Origin: Bacilli bacterium
Lineage (GTDB): Bacteria; Bacillota_I; Bacilli_A; RF39; UBA660
Direction: 5' to 3'
Assembly (NCBI GenBank): GCA_017612805.1
Contig: JAGAFD010000005.1
Span: forward strand, 10,130 to 74,129
Length of the DNA stretch: 64,000 nt
Position 1 is the stretch's first letter, and each line of letters opens with the position of its first letter. Below, one piece after another: positions 10,250-20,246 of the stretch. The notes beneath the pieces are model-generated. The model made no database searches, had not been told where the DNA came from, and saw only the letters and a list, made by a program, of their open reading frames with translations. Made by a program: the position numbers and the translations under genes.

Positions 10250-11059
10250 TTATTTTTGATGAATATCAATTTGAGTATATGGAATATCGATATGTTCTTT
10301 TTCTAATCTTTCTTTAACTATTTTATTAGCATCACGTTTAGCTTGGAAACGTTCCTCTGGTTTACAATCAAAAGCAATCTTATATAAAATAGCCGAATTA
10401 TCAAATTTATTTAATCCTAAGAAACGAATATTAGATATAGCAGTAATTTGTTCCATTTCTTTCATAATTTTATTCATTAAAGCATCGGCACTTTTATAAT
10501 CTAATTCATAAGGTAGTGGTATTTCTATATCGCAAAAATTAGATAAAGTTATCGCACTAGAAATATTACGATTAGCAATTACAATAATATTACCATATCT
10601 AATATCTTTAATCTTGGTTGCTTTTAAACCTAGTTCAATAATAATTCCTTCATGATCACCAACTTTAACCACATCACCTACCGAAAAATATTCATCAGCA
10701 ATTAAATTAAAGCCCATAATAATATCTTTTAAAGCATCTTGAAGAGCTAACCCAGCAACTAGTGATACCACTCCTAGTCCAGTTAATAAGGATGCCACAT
10801 TAAAACCATTTATTTGTAATACAACCATGATTACAATTACAACAATAACATATTTTAATATATTAGAAATTAAGCGATAATATGTTAGTTTTCTTTTTTC
10901 TAATTTCGTTTTAGCACGTTTACGATTAAAATACTTAGTTACTACTCCTCTTAAGATAATATAAGCAAATAAACCAATAGCGATTGTTACCAGTGATAAA
11001 TAAACTCTTCTATTAGCAATAATATCCACAAAATCTTGAAATTCAAATAGTAAGTACAT
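10250..11059 (-). CDS. small-conductance mechanosensitive channel (MscS family)
   Basis: Three TM helices followed by a beta-domain, VGDVVKVGDHEGIIIELGLKATKIKD. Confidence 0.7.
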   Translation of the reverse strand: MYLLFEFQDFVDIIANRRVYLSLVTIAIGLFAYIILRGVVTKYFNRKRAKTKLEKRKLTYYRLISNILKYVIVVIVIMVVLQINGFNVASLLTGLGVVSLVAGLALQDALKDIIMGFNLIADEYFSVGDVVKVGDHEGIIIELGLKATKIKDIRYGNIIVIANRNISSAITLSNFCDIEIPLPYELDYKSADALMNKIMKEMEQITAISNIRFLGLNKFDNSAILYKIAFDCKPEERFQAKRDANKIVKERLEKEHIDIPYTQIDIHQK

Positions 11060-11061
11060 TA

Positions 11062-11304
11062 TTATTTTCCTTTCTTCTTAAACAATTTAAATAAAGCCAC
11101 TAAAGCAATTACTGCCCAAATAACTTGTAATACAAATGAAAACCAAGCTTTTTTAGGAAATAAACCAATTGCCATAAAGGTAGCAGCAAGTAAATTTAAA
11201 AATTGATAAATAAAACCATTTTTAACTTTATTAGTCGATAATAAATAATAAGCAAGAAGTACTAATACCATTCCTACCCAACCAATAATTTCTAAATACA
11301 TCAT
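11062..11304 (-). CDS. small membrane protein
   Basis: 80 aa with two hydrophobic helices. Confidence 0.4.
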   Translation of the reverse strand: MMYLEIIGWVGMVLVLLAYYLLSTNKVKNGFIYQFLNLLAATFMAIGLFPKKAWFSFVLQVIWAVIALVALFKLFKKKGK

Positions 11305-11359
11305 AATCCCTACTCTCTAAAATAACTATATCATTTTTTAAACATAAAAAAAAGAGCAA

Positions 11360-11755
11360 TTAGCTCTTTAAACCTAAATGTTTTGGTTTACCAGCATTTA
11401 AATAATAATTCATTGCTGCTAACTTTTCACTCATTTTCTTATCATTATTTAGTTCATTAACTTCTTTTAAACGTTTAATAATTTGTGGAGCAGTCATCCT
11501 AAAATCATTACCCATATTAATATAATCATTAGCACTAAATTGATTACCACATTCATTAATAATTGCTAAAGCTTCAAAATACGGCAGCTTAGTTGCACGA
11601 TCTAAATATTCTTTAGCAAAATAATCATTACCTTTAATATTTTCATGTGGTGAATTAATAATTAAATCATATATTTCACTTTGTGTTAAATCATTACCAT
11701 TAGCTTTAGCTAATAATATTTTATATTCAAAACCATACTTTTCACCTAATGTCAT
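11360..11755 (-). CDS. hypothetical protein
   Basis: 131-aa ORF at the head of a tightly packed minus-strand gene array. Confidence 0.45.
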   Translation of the reverse strand: MTLGEKYGFEYKILLAKANGNDLTQSEIYDLIINSPHENIKGNDYFAKEYLDRATKLPYFEALAIINECGNQFSANDYINMGNDFRMTAPQIIKRLKEVNELNNDKKMSEKLAAMNYYLNAGKPKHLGLKS

Positions 11756-11792
11756 ATCAACACCTCGAGAAGTTATTATATATAAAAACTAA

Positions 11793-12185
11793 TTAAAATT
11801 CAATTACTTTTGGTGGATTAGTAAACGAATAAATAGTAACTATTCCTTTTTCAAAATATAATACTTCCGTATTATCATCTAATTCATTATACATTCCACG
11901 TAAACTAGGATTCTTATCTAACATATCTTTTTTAGCTTCAACGCGATCATCACGAATTAAAGTCCCTGCTACTCGAATCCAAGAGCCATCTTTAAAAGCA
12001 CATAATTCTACTTTATTATTAGCAGCTATTTGTTTAGAAACATTTTTACTTTTACCTGTTTGAATATATAACTTACCTTCAAATATTTCAGCAGTTCCAA
12101 AAGGTCTAACGCGTGGTTGATCACCTTCCACTGTTGCTAAATAATAAACTCCACAATCTTTTAAAAATTTTTGTACTTCTTCCAT
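11793..12185 (-). CDS. pyridoxamine 5'-phosphate oxidase-like FMN-binding protein
   Basis: 130 aa with the split-barrel PNPOx-like pattern (RVRPFG...). Confidence 0.5.
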   Translation of the reverse strand: MEEVQKFLKDCGVYYLATVEGDQPRVRPFGTAEIFEGKLYIQTGKSKNVSKQIAANNKVELCAFKDGSWIRVAGTLIRDDRVEAKKDMLDKNPSLRGMYNELDDNTEVLYFEKGIVTIYSFTNPPKVIEF

Positions 12186-12199
12186 TATTATCCTCTTTT

Positions 12200-13255
12200 C
12201 TAATCTTTAAAATTGAAATCCATATATAAATAACGATCAAATGAATAGTTTTGACATTTTTCTAAAGCTTCTCTAGCAACCTTTGATAATACTGAAGTTC
12301 TTTCATAACCATCACTAGTTATTACTAATGGATCACTATATCTTCTTTTAGCTTTAATATTAACCGCATATTTATCGAGTACTGGCTCATCACTAACCAT
12401 AACACTAGTTCCTTCTTGCCATATCTTAAAGCATTCTTTAATATTACATTCATTGCAGTTTTTAATTTTATCAATAATTTCTGCTTCCGATAATTCATAT
12501 AAATCACTTACGCTAATAATCCCTAATTCTGACATACGCTTCATAATATCAGCTAAGAATTGCATTCCAAATCTTCGTTCATCACGCATATAAAGAAGGG
12601 ATAATTCACCAACACCTAAAACAAACTTTTCCGCAATTTTTAAATCTTTAAAAGCCATTTCCGGAGTACCATCATCTTTATTAATAATTACTACATTATT
12701 ATAAATTTCTTTAACATCATCTAAACTCCAGATTTTTTTACATTGACCTAAACCATTTGATAAAGTATATTCAAAACGATCTGCAGAAAGCATCGGACTA
12801 TCATTATCCGCTATTGGATACATATGATAATCAGCTACTTCATCAACCCTAATACCATCACGTTTTAATAGTTCCATAATCTCTTTTGATTCCATAATTA
12901 AGGTCTTAGTTAAATCTTCCGTTGATTCTTGACGTTCATAATCTTTGTTCATAAAATCAATACAATGTTTAAAAGCTGGTGTCGCAATATCATGAAATAA
13001 TCCAGCTAATGTTTGCTTTTTATCATGAGTAAAATGCCAAACAACTAAAGCTACGCCAATACTATGTTCTAAACTTGAATACCAAAAAGTACAATAATTC
13101 ATCTTCGTATAATATTCACCACAAGAGCAACTAACACCTTGTTGTTTTTGCATTCTTGGGGTTTTTATATAATCAATTAAAAACTCCGGAAAATCACTTG
13201 ATAATATCAAAAAATAATCTTTAATAAATGGATTAAGAGTGTCTAAATAATTCAT
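12200..13255 (-). CDS. HD-domain phosphohydrolase
   Basis: The H...HD signature is HSIGVALVV...LFHDIATPAFKH. Confidence 0.6.
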   Translation of the reverse strand: MNYLDTLNPFIKDYFLILSSDFPEFLIDYIKTPRMQKQQGVSCSCGEYYTKMNYCTFWYSSLEHSIGVALVVWHFTHDKKQTLAGLFHDIATPAFKHCIDFMNKDYERQESTEDLTKTLIMESKEIMELLKRDGIRVDEVADYHMYPIADNDSPMLSADRFEYTLSNGLGQCKKIWSLDDVKEIYNNVVIINKDDGTPEMAFKDLKIAEKFVLGVGELSLLYMRDERRFGMQFLADIMKRMSELGIISVSDLYELSEAEIIDKIKNCNECNIKECFKIWQEGTSVMVSDEPVLDKYAVNIKAKRRYSDPLVITSDGYERTSVLSKVAREALEKCQNYSFDRYLYMDFNFKD

Positions 13256-13288
13256 AAATACCTCACTTTATAATATAAAAGAGTAAAC

Positions 13289-13942
13289 TTATTTGTTACT
13301 CTTCTTTTTTTTATTATCCTTTTTAAAATTACTTATTGCTAATTTATATTGATTACTTTTAAAGAATTCTTTTGCTTTTATAAAACGTTCTTCATCACCA
13401 TTATGTAATTGATAAGTTGGTAGATCATAATTACATAAACGATCAATAATCAAATCATTATTACGATAAGCTTCACAATTAGCAATATCATAATCTACTT
13501 CAATTTGTTTATATTCTGTTTCTTGATCAATAGTTAACTTAGCAAAACCAGCATATTCATCGTTTTCTAAACCTTGTCTTACAAAGTAATAAACACCATA
13601 TAAACAATTATCTTCTTCATCATATCTAAATTCATAATCAATTGGTGAAGAAGTACCGTTTGGTAGGATAGTAAATTCCACAATTCCTTCTGGTTGTAAA
13701 ATACCTTGTCTACCGATAAGATATCTTTCATCAATATACGTTCCAGGAGTCCATTCAAGATAACATCTTGTTTGTTCATCAACAATAACTCCTTCAATAT
13801 TATAAGCACTACCAACACCACGATGATTATTATCTAAAATATAATCATTATTAACATAACCATGCCAATTATAATCTTCTTTTATTTCACCATTTTGTTG
13901 GTAAATGCAATTAAATTTTAAAACGTTATTCCATATTTTCAT
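13289..13942 (-). CDS. hypothetical protein
   Basis: 217-aa ORF with no recognised motif. Confidence 0.45.
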   Translation of the reverse strand: MKIWNNVLKFNCIYQQNGEIKEDYNWHGYVNNDYILDNNHRGVGSAYNIEGVIVDEQTRCYLEWTPGTYIDERYLIGRQGILQPEGIVEFTILPNGTSSPIDYEFRYDEEDNCLYGVYYFVRQGLENDEYAGFAKLTIDQETEYKQIEVDYDIANCEAYRNNDLIIDRLCNYDLPTYQLHNGDEERFIKAKEFFKSNQYKLAISNFKKDNKKKKSNK

Positions 13943-13988
13943 AAATCAAAACTCCCTAACTATATTTAATTATAACAAATTAAAAATA

Positions 13989-14552
13989 TTATTTAAATAC
14001 TTTTTTAAACTTATCAACTATTTTACCGAAGTCTTCATTAACCATTAACTCTTCTTCTGAAACCCACTTATAATCAGAAGATTCATTTTGATCAATCATA
14101 ACATCTTTGATATGATCAATTACAAACAAATAACGCATATCAAAGTGTTGATGACTAGGAATATCTAAACGTTCATTATAAGGAATAAGATGATTATCAA
14201 TATCAATTGGAATTAAAGGATCTTCTCCAATCATAATTTCCTTAAAATCATCAATTCCCGTTTCTTCTTTAATTTCTCTAATTGCTGCAGCAAGGGGATT
14301 AGCATCACTCTTATCAATATGCCCTCCAGGATAAGAAAATATTTGTAAATCTTTATGATATATAACTAAATATTTTTCTTCTTTTTTAGCATATAAAAAA
14401 CCACTAGCTACTACATGACCATTAAAATTATTCCAATCAATTAAATTATTATTACTATTTAAATAATCCATAAATGTTGCTTGACGCCCCAATTCATCTG
14501 GAAATAATTTTAAATAATCATCCATTATTTTTAAAAGCATGTCTTTCATCAT
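13989..14552 (-). CDS. NUDIX hydrolase
   Basis: The Nudix box is GGHIDKSDANPLAAAIREIKEETGI. Confidence 0.65.
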   Translation of the reverse strand: MMKDMLLKIMDDYLKLFPDELGRQATFMDYLNSNNNLIDWNNFNGHVVASGFLYAKKEEKYLVIYHKDLQIFSYPGGHIDKSDANPLAAAIREIKEETGIDDFKEIMIGEDPLIPIDIDNHLIPYNERLDIPSHQHFDMRYLFVIDHIKDVMIDQNESSDYKWVSEEELMVNEDFGKIVDKFKKVFK

Positions 14553-14559
14553 ATACTTC

Positions 14560-14988
14560 CTAATTTTTCATATATTCTTTAATTTCCATTAACTTATCTT
14601 CTTCTAAAACAATACCTTCTTTAAAGTTAACAGCACCAGGCCAATCAATATCTTTCCATTCCATATCAAACATATTAATATCTTTATCATAACGTGGAAA
14701 AGCATGATAATGTACAAATAAATCTTTCATCATCATAATGACATAATTAAACTTAACCGCCCCAAATTTTTTAGTACATAAGTCTTCATACCATTTAACT
14801 ACCTCAGTAAATTCTGCTCCTTCTTCTGGATACATATCACCAACATTAGCAGTTTCCCTTTTTAATAAAATAACTACATCACCTAAAGTAGTTTGTTTTC
14901 CTCTAACACATACAATCCAGTAATTAAACTCTTTAATACATCTAGTATCTGGTTTAAACTTACTCATAAATTCTAAATTATTCATCAA
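14560..14988 (-). CDS. hypothetical protein (weak HIT-like histidine motif)
   Basis: 142 aa. VHYHAFPRY resembles a degenerate HIT motif. Confidence 0.4.
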   Translation of the reverse strand: MMNNLEFMSKFKPDTRCIKEFNYWIVCVRGKQTTLGDVVILLKRETANVGDMYPEEGAEFTEVVKWYEDLCTKKFGAVKFNYVIMMMKDLFVHYHAFPRYDKDINMFDMEWKDIDWPGAVNFKEGIVLEEDKLMEIKEYMKN

Positions 14989-15782
14989 ATTTCCTTCTTT
15001 CTTTTAATCCATTCTGCCCATACCGTAATATTACCATCTTTAGGAATAATTAATCTATCATGATCAACCGGTGTTAATTCATAAGATAAATCATTAGTTA
15101 AATAATCAAATAATTCTTCTGATGAACTATTAAACACATTCTTTAATTGACGCGGATGAATTTCAATTAATAACTTAGGATGATATTTATTAATCGTTTT
15201 TTTCATTCCTTTTAATACTGATAATTCCGCTCCTTCAACATCAATCTTTATTAAATCAATTTTATTCCAAGAAAGTTTTGGAAAAAAATCATCAAACACG
15301 ACCATTTTAACTGTATTAGTAACATCACTATCACTTTTTTGATCAGGATATAATTGCCCTTTGCCTCCAAGCTTCATCATTCCTAAACCTTCATGATCAG
15401 ATAATGCCAAAGCATAAGGAATAATATTTTTGTTTTCAAACATTGCAATATTATCTTTTAAATAAGGCCATGGTTCGGGATCTGGTTCAAAGCAAACAAC
15501 CTTACCTTTAGCACCACTTTTTAAAGCAAATAGTAAAGAATAATAACCAATGTCAGCACCAACATCTAATATATACCATCCTTCTTTAACTTTATCTTGA
15601 ACTACTTTAGTCATCTTTGGTTCCCAAATCTTTTTAAAATATAAAGAACGCCCAATTGTTGATGTTTTCGGGGGTCTAATACGAATTTTAAAACCTGGTC
15701 CATCACAAATTACTGACTTGTTTGGCAAAAAAGGTTTAGCTAAAAATAAGGATATTTTTTTTATCTTCTTTTTTACATGCAT
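14985..15782 (-). CDS. FkbM-family SAM-dependent methyltransferase
   Basis: The SAM-binding motif is ILDVGADIGYYSLLFA, with FkbM-like organisation. Confidence 0.6.
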   Translation of the reverse strand: MHVKKKIKKISLFLAKPFLPNKSVICDGPGFKIRIRPPKTSTIGRSLYFKKIWEPKMTKVVQDKVKEGWYILDVGADIGYYSLLFALKSGAKGKVVCFEPDPEPWPYLKDNIAMFENKNIIPYALALSDHEGLGMMKLGGKGQLYPDQKSDSDVTNTVKMVVFDDFFPKLSWNKIDLIKIDVEGAELSVLKGMKKTINKYHPKLLIEIHPRQLKNVFNSSSEELFDYLTNDLSYELTPVDHDRLIIPKDGNITVWAEWIKRKKEI

Positions 15783-15797
15783 ATAATATCTCTTTTC

Positions 15798-16589
15798 TTA
15801 TTTTACATATTGTTCCATAACATATATTTCTCTAAATCCAAGTCTTTCATAATAGATTTGATTCTTACTATGATGCTCCGTACACAAAATTAATGATTCT
15901 CCACCCTTTTCTTTAAAAAGGTTTATCAAATATGTTAAAACTTGTTTATTATATCCTAGATTCCAATAACCTTGATGAGTACCAACATTGTTAATACCAC
16001 CAATACCATTATCAATATTAAGGGTTGCTACACTTACTGGAATATTATCTTCATTATAACCAATAATATGATATGTCTTGCCATTATTAATTGAAGCCTT
16101 AACCGCATCATAATAACATTTAGTAACAGCATCAGCATAAACATTTTCATCTTCATTTTCAAAATTATCATTATAGGCAGATGATAGTACTTTCATAAAA
16201 TCATTATATTCTTGTTCAGTTTCTACTACTTTGACATTTATATTAATATCAATTTTTAAAAAATTATCTAAAATCATAAATACATCCGTATCTTTTATTT
16301 GATAGTTCATATTTAATAATTTTTTTTTATTATCATTATAGTAATTATCATCTCTACCAATATAGACACATGGCAAACGATCCATAACTTTTAATTTATT
16401 TTCAATTTCAATAATATCATTAGTATCCACTTTATCTTTTAAATATGCTAAATTCCAAAAACAATCATCCATAACTTTAGAAGTACATAAAACATATTTT
16501 AAAGTTTCTTCTATATTATCAAAAAACATACCTTTTAATAAATCATATTGCATCCTTAAACAATTGGAGCAATTAAACTTAGTATTCAT
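15798..16589 (-). CDS. GNAT-like acetyltransferase domain protein
   Basis: The C-terminus reads GTHQGYWNLGYNKQVL...YERLGFREI. Confidence 0.45.
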   Translation of the reverse strand: MNTKFNCSNCLRMQYDLLKGMFFDNIEETLKYVLCTSKVMDDCFWNLAYLKDKVDTNDIIEIENKLKVMDRLPCVYIGRDDNYYNDNKKKLLNMNYQIKDTDVFMILDNFLKIDININVKVVETEQEYNDFMKVLSSAYNDNFENEDENVYADAVTKCYYDAVKASINNGKTYHIIGYNEDNIPVSVATLNIDNGIGGINNVGTHQGYWNLGYNKQVLTYLINLFKEKGGESLILCTEHHSKNQIYYERLGFREIYVMEQYVK

Positions 16590-16628
16590 GATTATTTCTC
16601 CCTTAATTAACTATAATTATATCATAAA

Positions 16629-17234
16629 CTACATTTCGGCTAATTCATAAACTTCATCTAATATTTCTCTTAAATATGGAAGCGTAATAGCATCATCTTT
16701 AAAGAATTCTTTTGGTTTAACACCATAAGCAACTGTTTGAATAATTGGCTCTAATTTATCTACTTGTTTAATAAATTTAGCTTCTTCGGATAATTGATTT
16801 TCATATTCAAGCCATAATTCTTTAAAGTTATTAGCAAAATTTGCTTCATTAAGTAAGTTATCAACTGCTTGTTCTTCAAGCAAGTGTTTTTCTTCTTTAC
16901 TTATTTGATTAGGTACATAATCTCCCGCATAAACCTCACCTAATTCATGAACTATTGCTAACTTCATACATTTTTCCAAATTTAAATTAAGTTGATATTT
17001 TTGAATAATTGACATCGCAAGCATTGTTACTGACCAACAATGATCAGCATCCGATTCAACTTTATTTTCCGCATCAATTCCCATAATATTAGTAAGCCAT
17101 CCTTGACGATATAGATTCTTTAAATGAATATATTGATAATGTAATTTTAATACATCATTATGAACATATCCTTTAAGCTTGTTATAAGGATTTTGATTTT
17201 TAACATAATTATTATTTTTGATATCTTTTTCCAT
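16629..17234 (-). CDS. HD-domain 5'-deoxynucleotidase (YfbR-like)
   Basis: HCWSVTMLAMSI...AIVHELGEVYAGDYVP parallels the YfbR pattern SEHSLQVAMVAH...YHDASEVLTGDLPTP. Confidence 0.65.
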   Translation of the reverse strand: MEKDIKNNNYVKNQNPYNKLKGYVHNDVLKLHYQYIHLKNLYRQGWLTNIMGIDAENKVESDADHCWSVTMLAMSIIQKYQLNLNLEKCMKLAIVHELGEVYAGDYVPNQISKEEKHLLEEQAVDNLLNEANFANNFKELWLEYENQLSEEAKFIKQVDKLEPIIQTVAYGVKPKEFFKDDAITLPYLREILDEVYELAEM

Positions 17235-17247
17235 TTATAATACCTCT

Positions 17248-17634
17248 TTATTTTGTATGTTCTTTTAAATAGTTTTCTATTTTAATAATCTTTTCTTGAT
17301 CCTTTGGTCGATTATTTTCTTTCATCCATTTTAAATTAACTTCTAATTTTTCAACCGGATAACCATCAATAAACTCAATCATATTTGGATTAAAATTCTT
17401 GCAATTAACATCAATAAAATCACATAGTTCATAAACATAATCATAACGAGTTGATTGTTTCATATGGTATTTATCCATTAATAAATCAAAATAATCTTTT
17501 GATGTTTTAATATCAATATCATTACATTTTTCACATAAGCCATACATCAACATCGAACCGCTAGCAATAATACAATATTGATTTTTATCTAAATTTAATT
17601 TATCTAATTCACTTAAAAATTCTTGCTTATTCAT
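17248..17634 (-). CDS. minimal nucleotidyltransferase (Pol-beta/MNT-like fold)
   Basis: A GS...DxD motif, IIASGSMLMYGL...NDIDI. Confidence 0.45.
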   Translation of the reverse strand: MNKQEFLSELDKLNLDKNQYCIIASGSMLMYGLCEKCNDIDIKTSKDYFDLLMDKYHMKQSTRYDYVYELCDFIDVNCKNFNPNMIEFIDGYPVEKLEVNLKWMKENNRPKDQEKIIKIENYLKEHTK

Positions 17635-17636
17635 TA

Positions 17637-18821
17637 TTACTTCCTTTCAAGTACACAGACACTCTCTGAGTGATAAGTATTAGGAAACATATCAAGTAAC
17701 GTTAAATGTTTAATTTCATAAACATCTTTTATTTTTTCATAATCTCTAACAAGTGATAAAGTATCACAAGCAATATAAATTATTTTATTAATTTTTTGAT
17801 TTAAGATATATTCTAAACTACTATTATCAATCCCATTTCTTGGTGGATCAATAATTACACAATCAAATTTTTTATTAACCTTATTAATTGTATCTTTAAC
17901 ATTACCTAATAAGAAATTAACGTTATTACGGCCATTCATCCTGCTGTTTAAATTAGCATCAATAATAGCATTTTTTACAATTTCAATACCAATAACTTCC
18001 TTAGCTTTTAAAGAAGCATTAATTGATAATGTTCCAACCCCACAATATAAATCTAGGACTACATCATCATTATTGATGTAATTATTAATTAACTTAAATA
18101 ATTCTTCATTAATTAAACTATTAACTTGAAAAAATGAATTATATGATACTTTAAATAATAAATTATTTACTTTATCAATAAACGATTTATCACCTTTTAC
18201 TACTTGGTCATTTAAAATAATGCCAGCAATTTTAAAATCATTAAATGCCGGTATTTCAATTTTATCATTAGTATCAATAGCAATTAACAATTCATCATTA
18301 TAATTAGCACGAATAACTACTCTACCATCATTAATATTAAATTTATCAACGCTACTAATAAAATCACTAATAACGGGTTTTAATAATAAACACCTTTTAA
18401 TCCCAATAACTTCATTATCTAATCCGATTAAACCTACTTTACCATTCTTAATTGTTAAAGTAACTTTATTACGATATTCAAATTGATTAGCACTAATAAA
18501 TACTGGTTCTACTAATTCATTAGCATACTTTAAGAATAATTCTTTAACCCGTTTAAGTTTATAATTAGTTTGATCAAGATAACTTAAATTAAGTAAATCA
18601 CAACCACCACATTTATCATAATAAGGGCAATTACATTCTTTATATAATGGACCACGTTCTAAATAATTAATAGCTCTTGCTTCATGATATTTTTTACTTT
18701 TTTTAACAATTTCAATTTCTACTAAATCACCAATAATCGTTTTAGGAATAAATGTTATTAAATTATCAACATAAACAATTCCGCGACCTTGATTATCCAT
18801 TTTTTCTATTCTTACCTTCAT
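17637..18821 (-). CDS. rlmD: 23S rRNA (uracil-C5)-methyltransferase RlmD/RumA
   Basis: An N-terminal TRAM domain, an Fe-S cysteine cluster (CPYYDKCGGCDL), a SAM motif (LDLYCGVGT) and DPPRNG. Confidence 0.8.
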   Translation of the reverse strand: MKVRIEKMDNQGRGIVYVDNLITFIPKTIIGDLVEIEIVKKSKKYHEARAINYLERGPLYKECNCPYYDKCGGCDLLNLSYLDQTNYKLKRVKELFLKYANELVEPVFISANQFEYRNKVTLTIKNGKVGLIGLDNEVIGIKRCLLLKPVISDFISSVDKFNINDGRVVIRANYNDELLIAIDTNDKIEIPAFNDFKIAGIILNDQVVKGDKSFIDKVNNLLFKVSYNSFFQVNSLINEELFKLINNYINNDDVVLDLYCGVGTLSINASLKAKEVIGIEIVKNAIIDANLNSRMNGRNNVNFLLGNVKDTINKVNKKFDCVIIDPPRNGIDNSSLEYILNQKINKIIYIACDTLSLVRDYEKIKDVYEIKHLTLLDMFPNTYHSESVCVLERK

Positions 18822-18901
18822 TTTTGATCACTACTTAAATTATACACATAATTTTGTAATAAAACCACTAATTTTGACAACAATAAGGATAGGTGGATTA
18901 G

Positions 18902-20245
18902 ATGGAAATAATAGATATTATCAAAAAAGATTATGAACAAATTAGTGATTTAAATATTAATCATTATAATAAAAAATATTTAGTTTATTTAGAAAGCTTA
19001 TGTTCTTCTGATAAAATTAACGAATATGTCTTAAAAAAAGATAAAAAACTTAATGGACCTAAAGAAATAATTGTTAATATTAATAATTATCAAGATTATT
19101 TAAATAATGGTTATTTATTAATTGTTAGTAAAAGTAAAATAATAGCGATTGAAGTAAAAGAAAATAATTTTCGAAGTATTACTACTCCAGAAACCCAAAT
19201 ATCTTATAACGGACCTAAAGATAGTTTTAATGAAAATTATTTAACAAATCTTAGTTTAATCAAAAAACGAATTAAAACTAATGAATTAAAAAGCATTGAT
19301 TTTAACTTAGGTAAATACACTAAAACATTAACTAGTATTTTATATCTTGATAATGTTGCTAAAATGACTAATGTTAATAAGATTAAAAAGATCCTGGCAA
19401 ATATCAATATTGATGGCATCCTCGATGCTTCAAGATTGAGTGAATATTTAAAAAACAATACTTCTTTTGCACCCCAAGTATTTATGACTGAACGACCAGA
19501 TTACGTATGTCAAGCTTTATTAAATGGCAAAATTATCATCTTAGTGGATAACTCTCCATATGCTTTAATCTTACCAGCTTTTTTAATTGATTTTATTAAT
19601 CCCCCACTAGATAACTATTCTAAGCCAATATTAGTCAATAGTATTAAAGCTTTAAGAATTATTGCTTTTTTAATAACCATGATGCTGCCGGCAATTTATA
19701 TTGCTTTAACTAATTACAATCAAGAAACAATTCCCTTAAACATTTTATTATCACTAAGTACTGCTAGAAAAACCGTCCCTTTTCCATCAATTATTGAAGC
19801 CTTAATGATGTTATTTATTTATGAATTATTAAGAGAAAGTGATATTCATTTTCCGAAAAATTTCGGTAGTGCCAACTCAATTTTAGGAGCATTAATATTA
19901 GGTGAAGCATCAGTTAAAGCCGGAATTGTATCACCAATAATGATTATCATAATTGCTATTACTTTTATCGCTTCCCTAATCTTTAATAATCTTGATTTTA
20001 TTAATGCTATTAGACATTATCGCTTACTCTTTTTAATAAGCGCTTCATTATGTGGTTTATTTGGAATTATGCTAACCCTATTTTATTTCTTAACTAAATT
20101 AAGTGAAGTAAACTCCCTTAATTATCCTTATACCATCCCCCTTATTCCATTTGATAAAGCTTATTTTAAAGAAAGTATTATTAAACTCAAAAATAATAAA
20201 AGAAGTAATAATCTCAGTAACAATCTCATTAAAGAAAGGGATTAA
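18902..20245 (+). CDS. spore germination protein, GerA (A-subunit) family
   Basis: The conserved GerAA core is ERPDYVCQALLNGKIIILVDNSPYALILPA...TARKTVPFPSIIEAL, with C-terminal TM helices. Confidence 0.75.
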   Translation: MEIIDIIKKDYEQISDLNINHYNKKYLVYLESLCSSDKINEYVLKKDKKLNGPKEIIVNINNYQDYLNNGYLLIVSKSKIIAIEVKENNFRSITTPETQISYNGPKDSFNENYLTNLSLIKKRIKTNELKSIDFNLGKYTKTLTSILYLDNVAKMTNVNKIKKILANINIDGILDASRLSEYLKNNTSFAPQVFMTERPDYVCQALLNGKIIILVDNSPYALILPAFLIDFINPPLDNYSKPILVNSIKALRIIAFLITMMLPAIYIALTNYNQETIPLNILLSLSTARKTVPFPSIIEALMMLFIYELLRESDIHFPKNFGSANSILGALILGEASVKAGIVSPIMIIIIAITFIASLIFNNLDFINAIRHYRLLFLISASLCGLFGIMLTLFYFLTKLSEVNSLNYPYTIPLIPFDKAYFKESIIKLKNNKRSNNLSNNLIKERD

Positions 20246-20246
20246 T

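Noticed and set aside
18822-18901. Sigma-G type forespore promoter upstream of the gerA-like operon
   Set aside because: Only a TTGACA-like hexamer without a good -10, and no convincing GNATR...CATNNTA match. I did not call a promoter.
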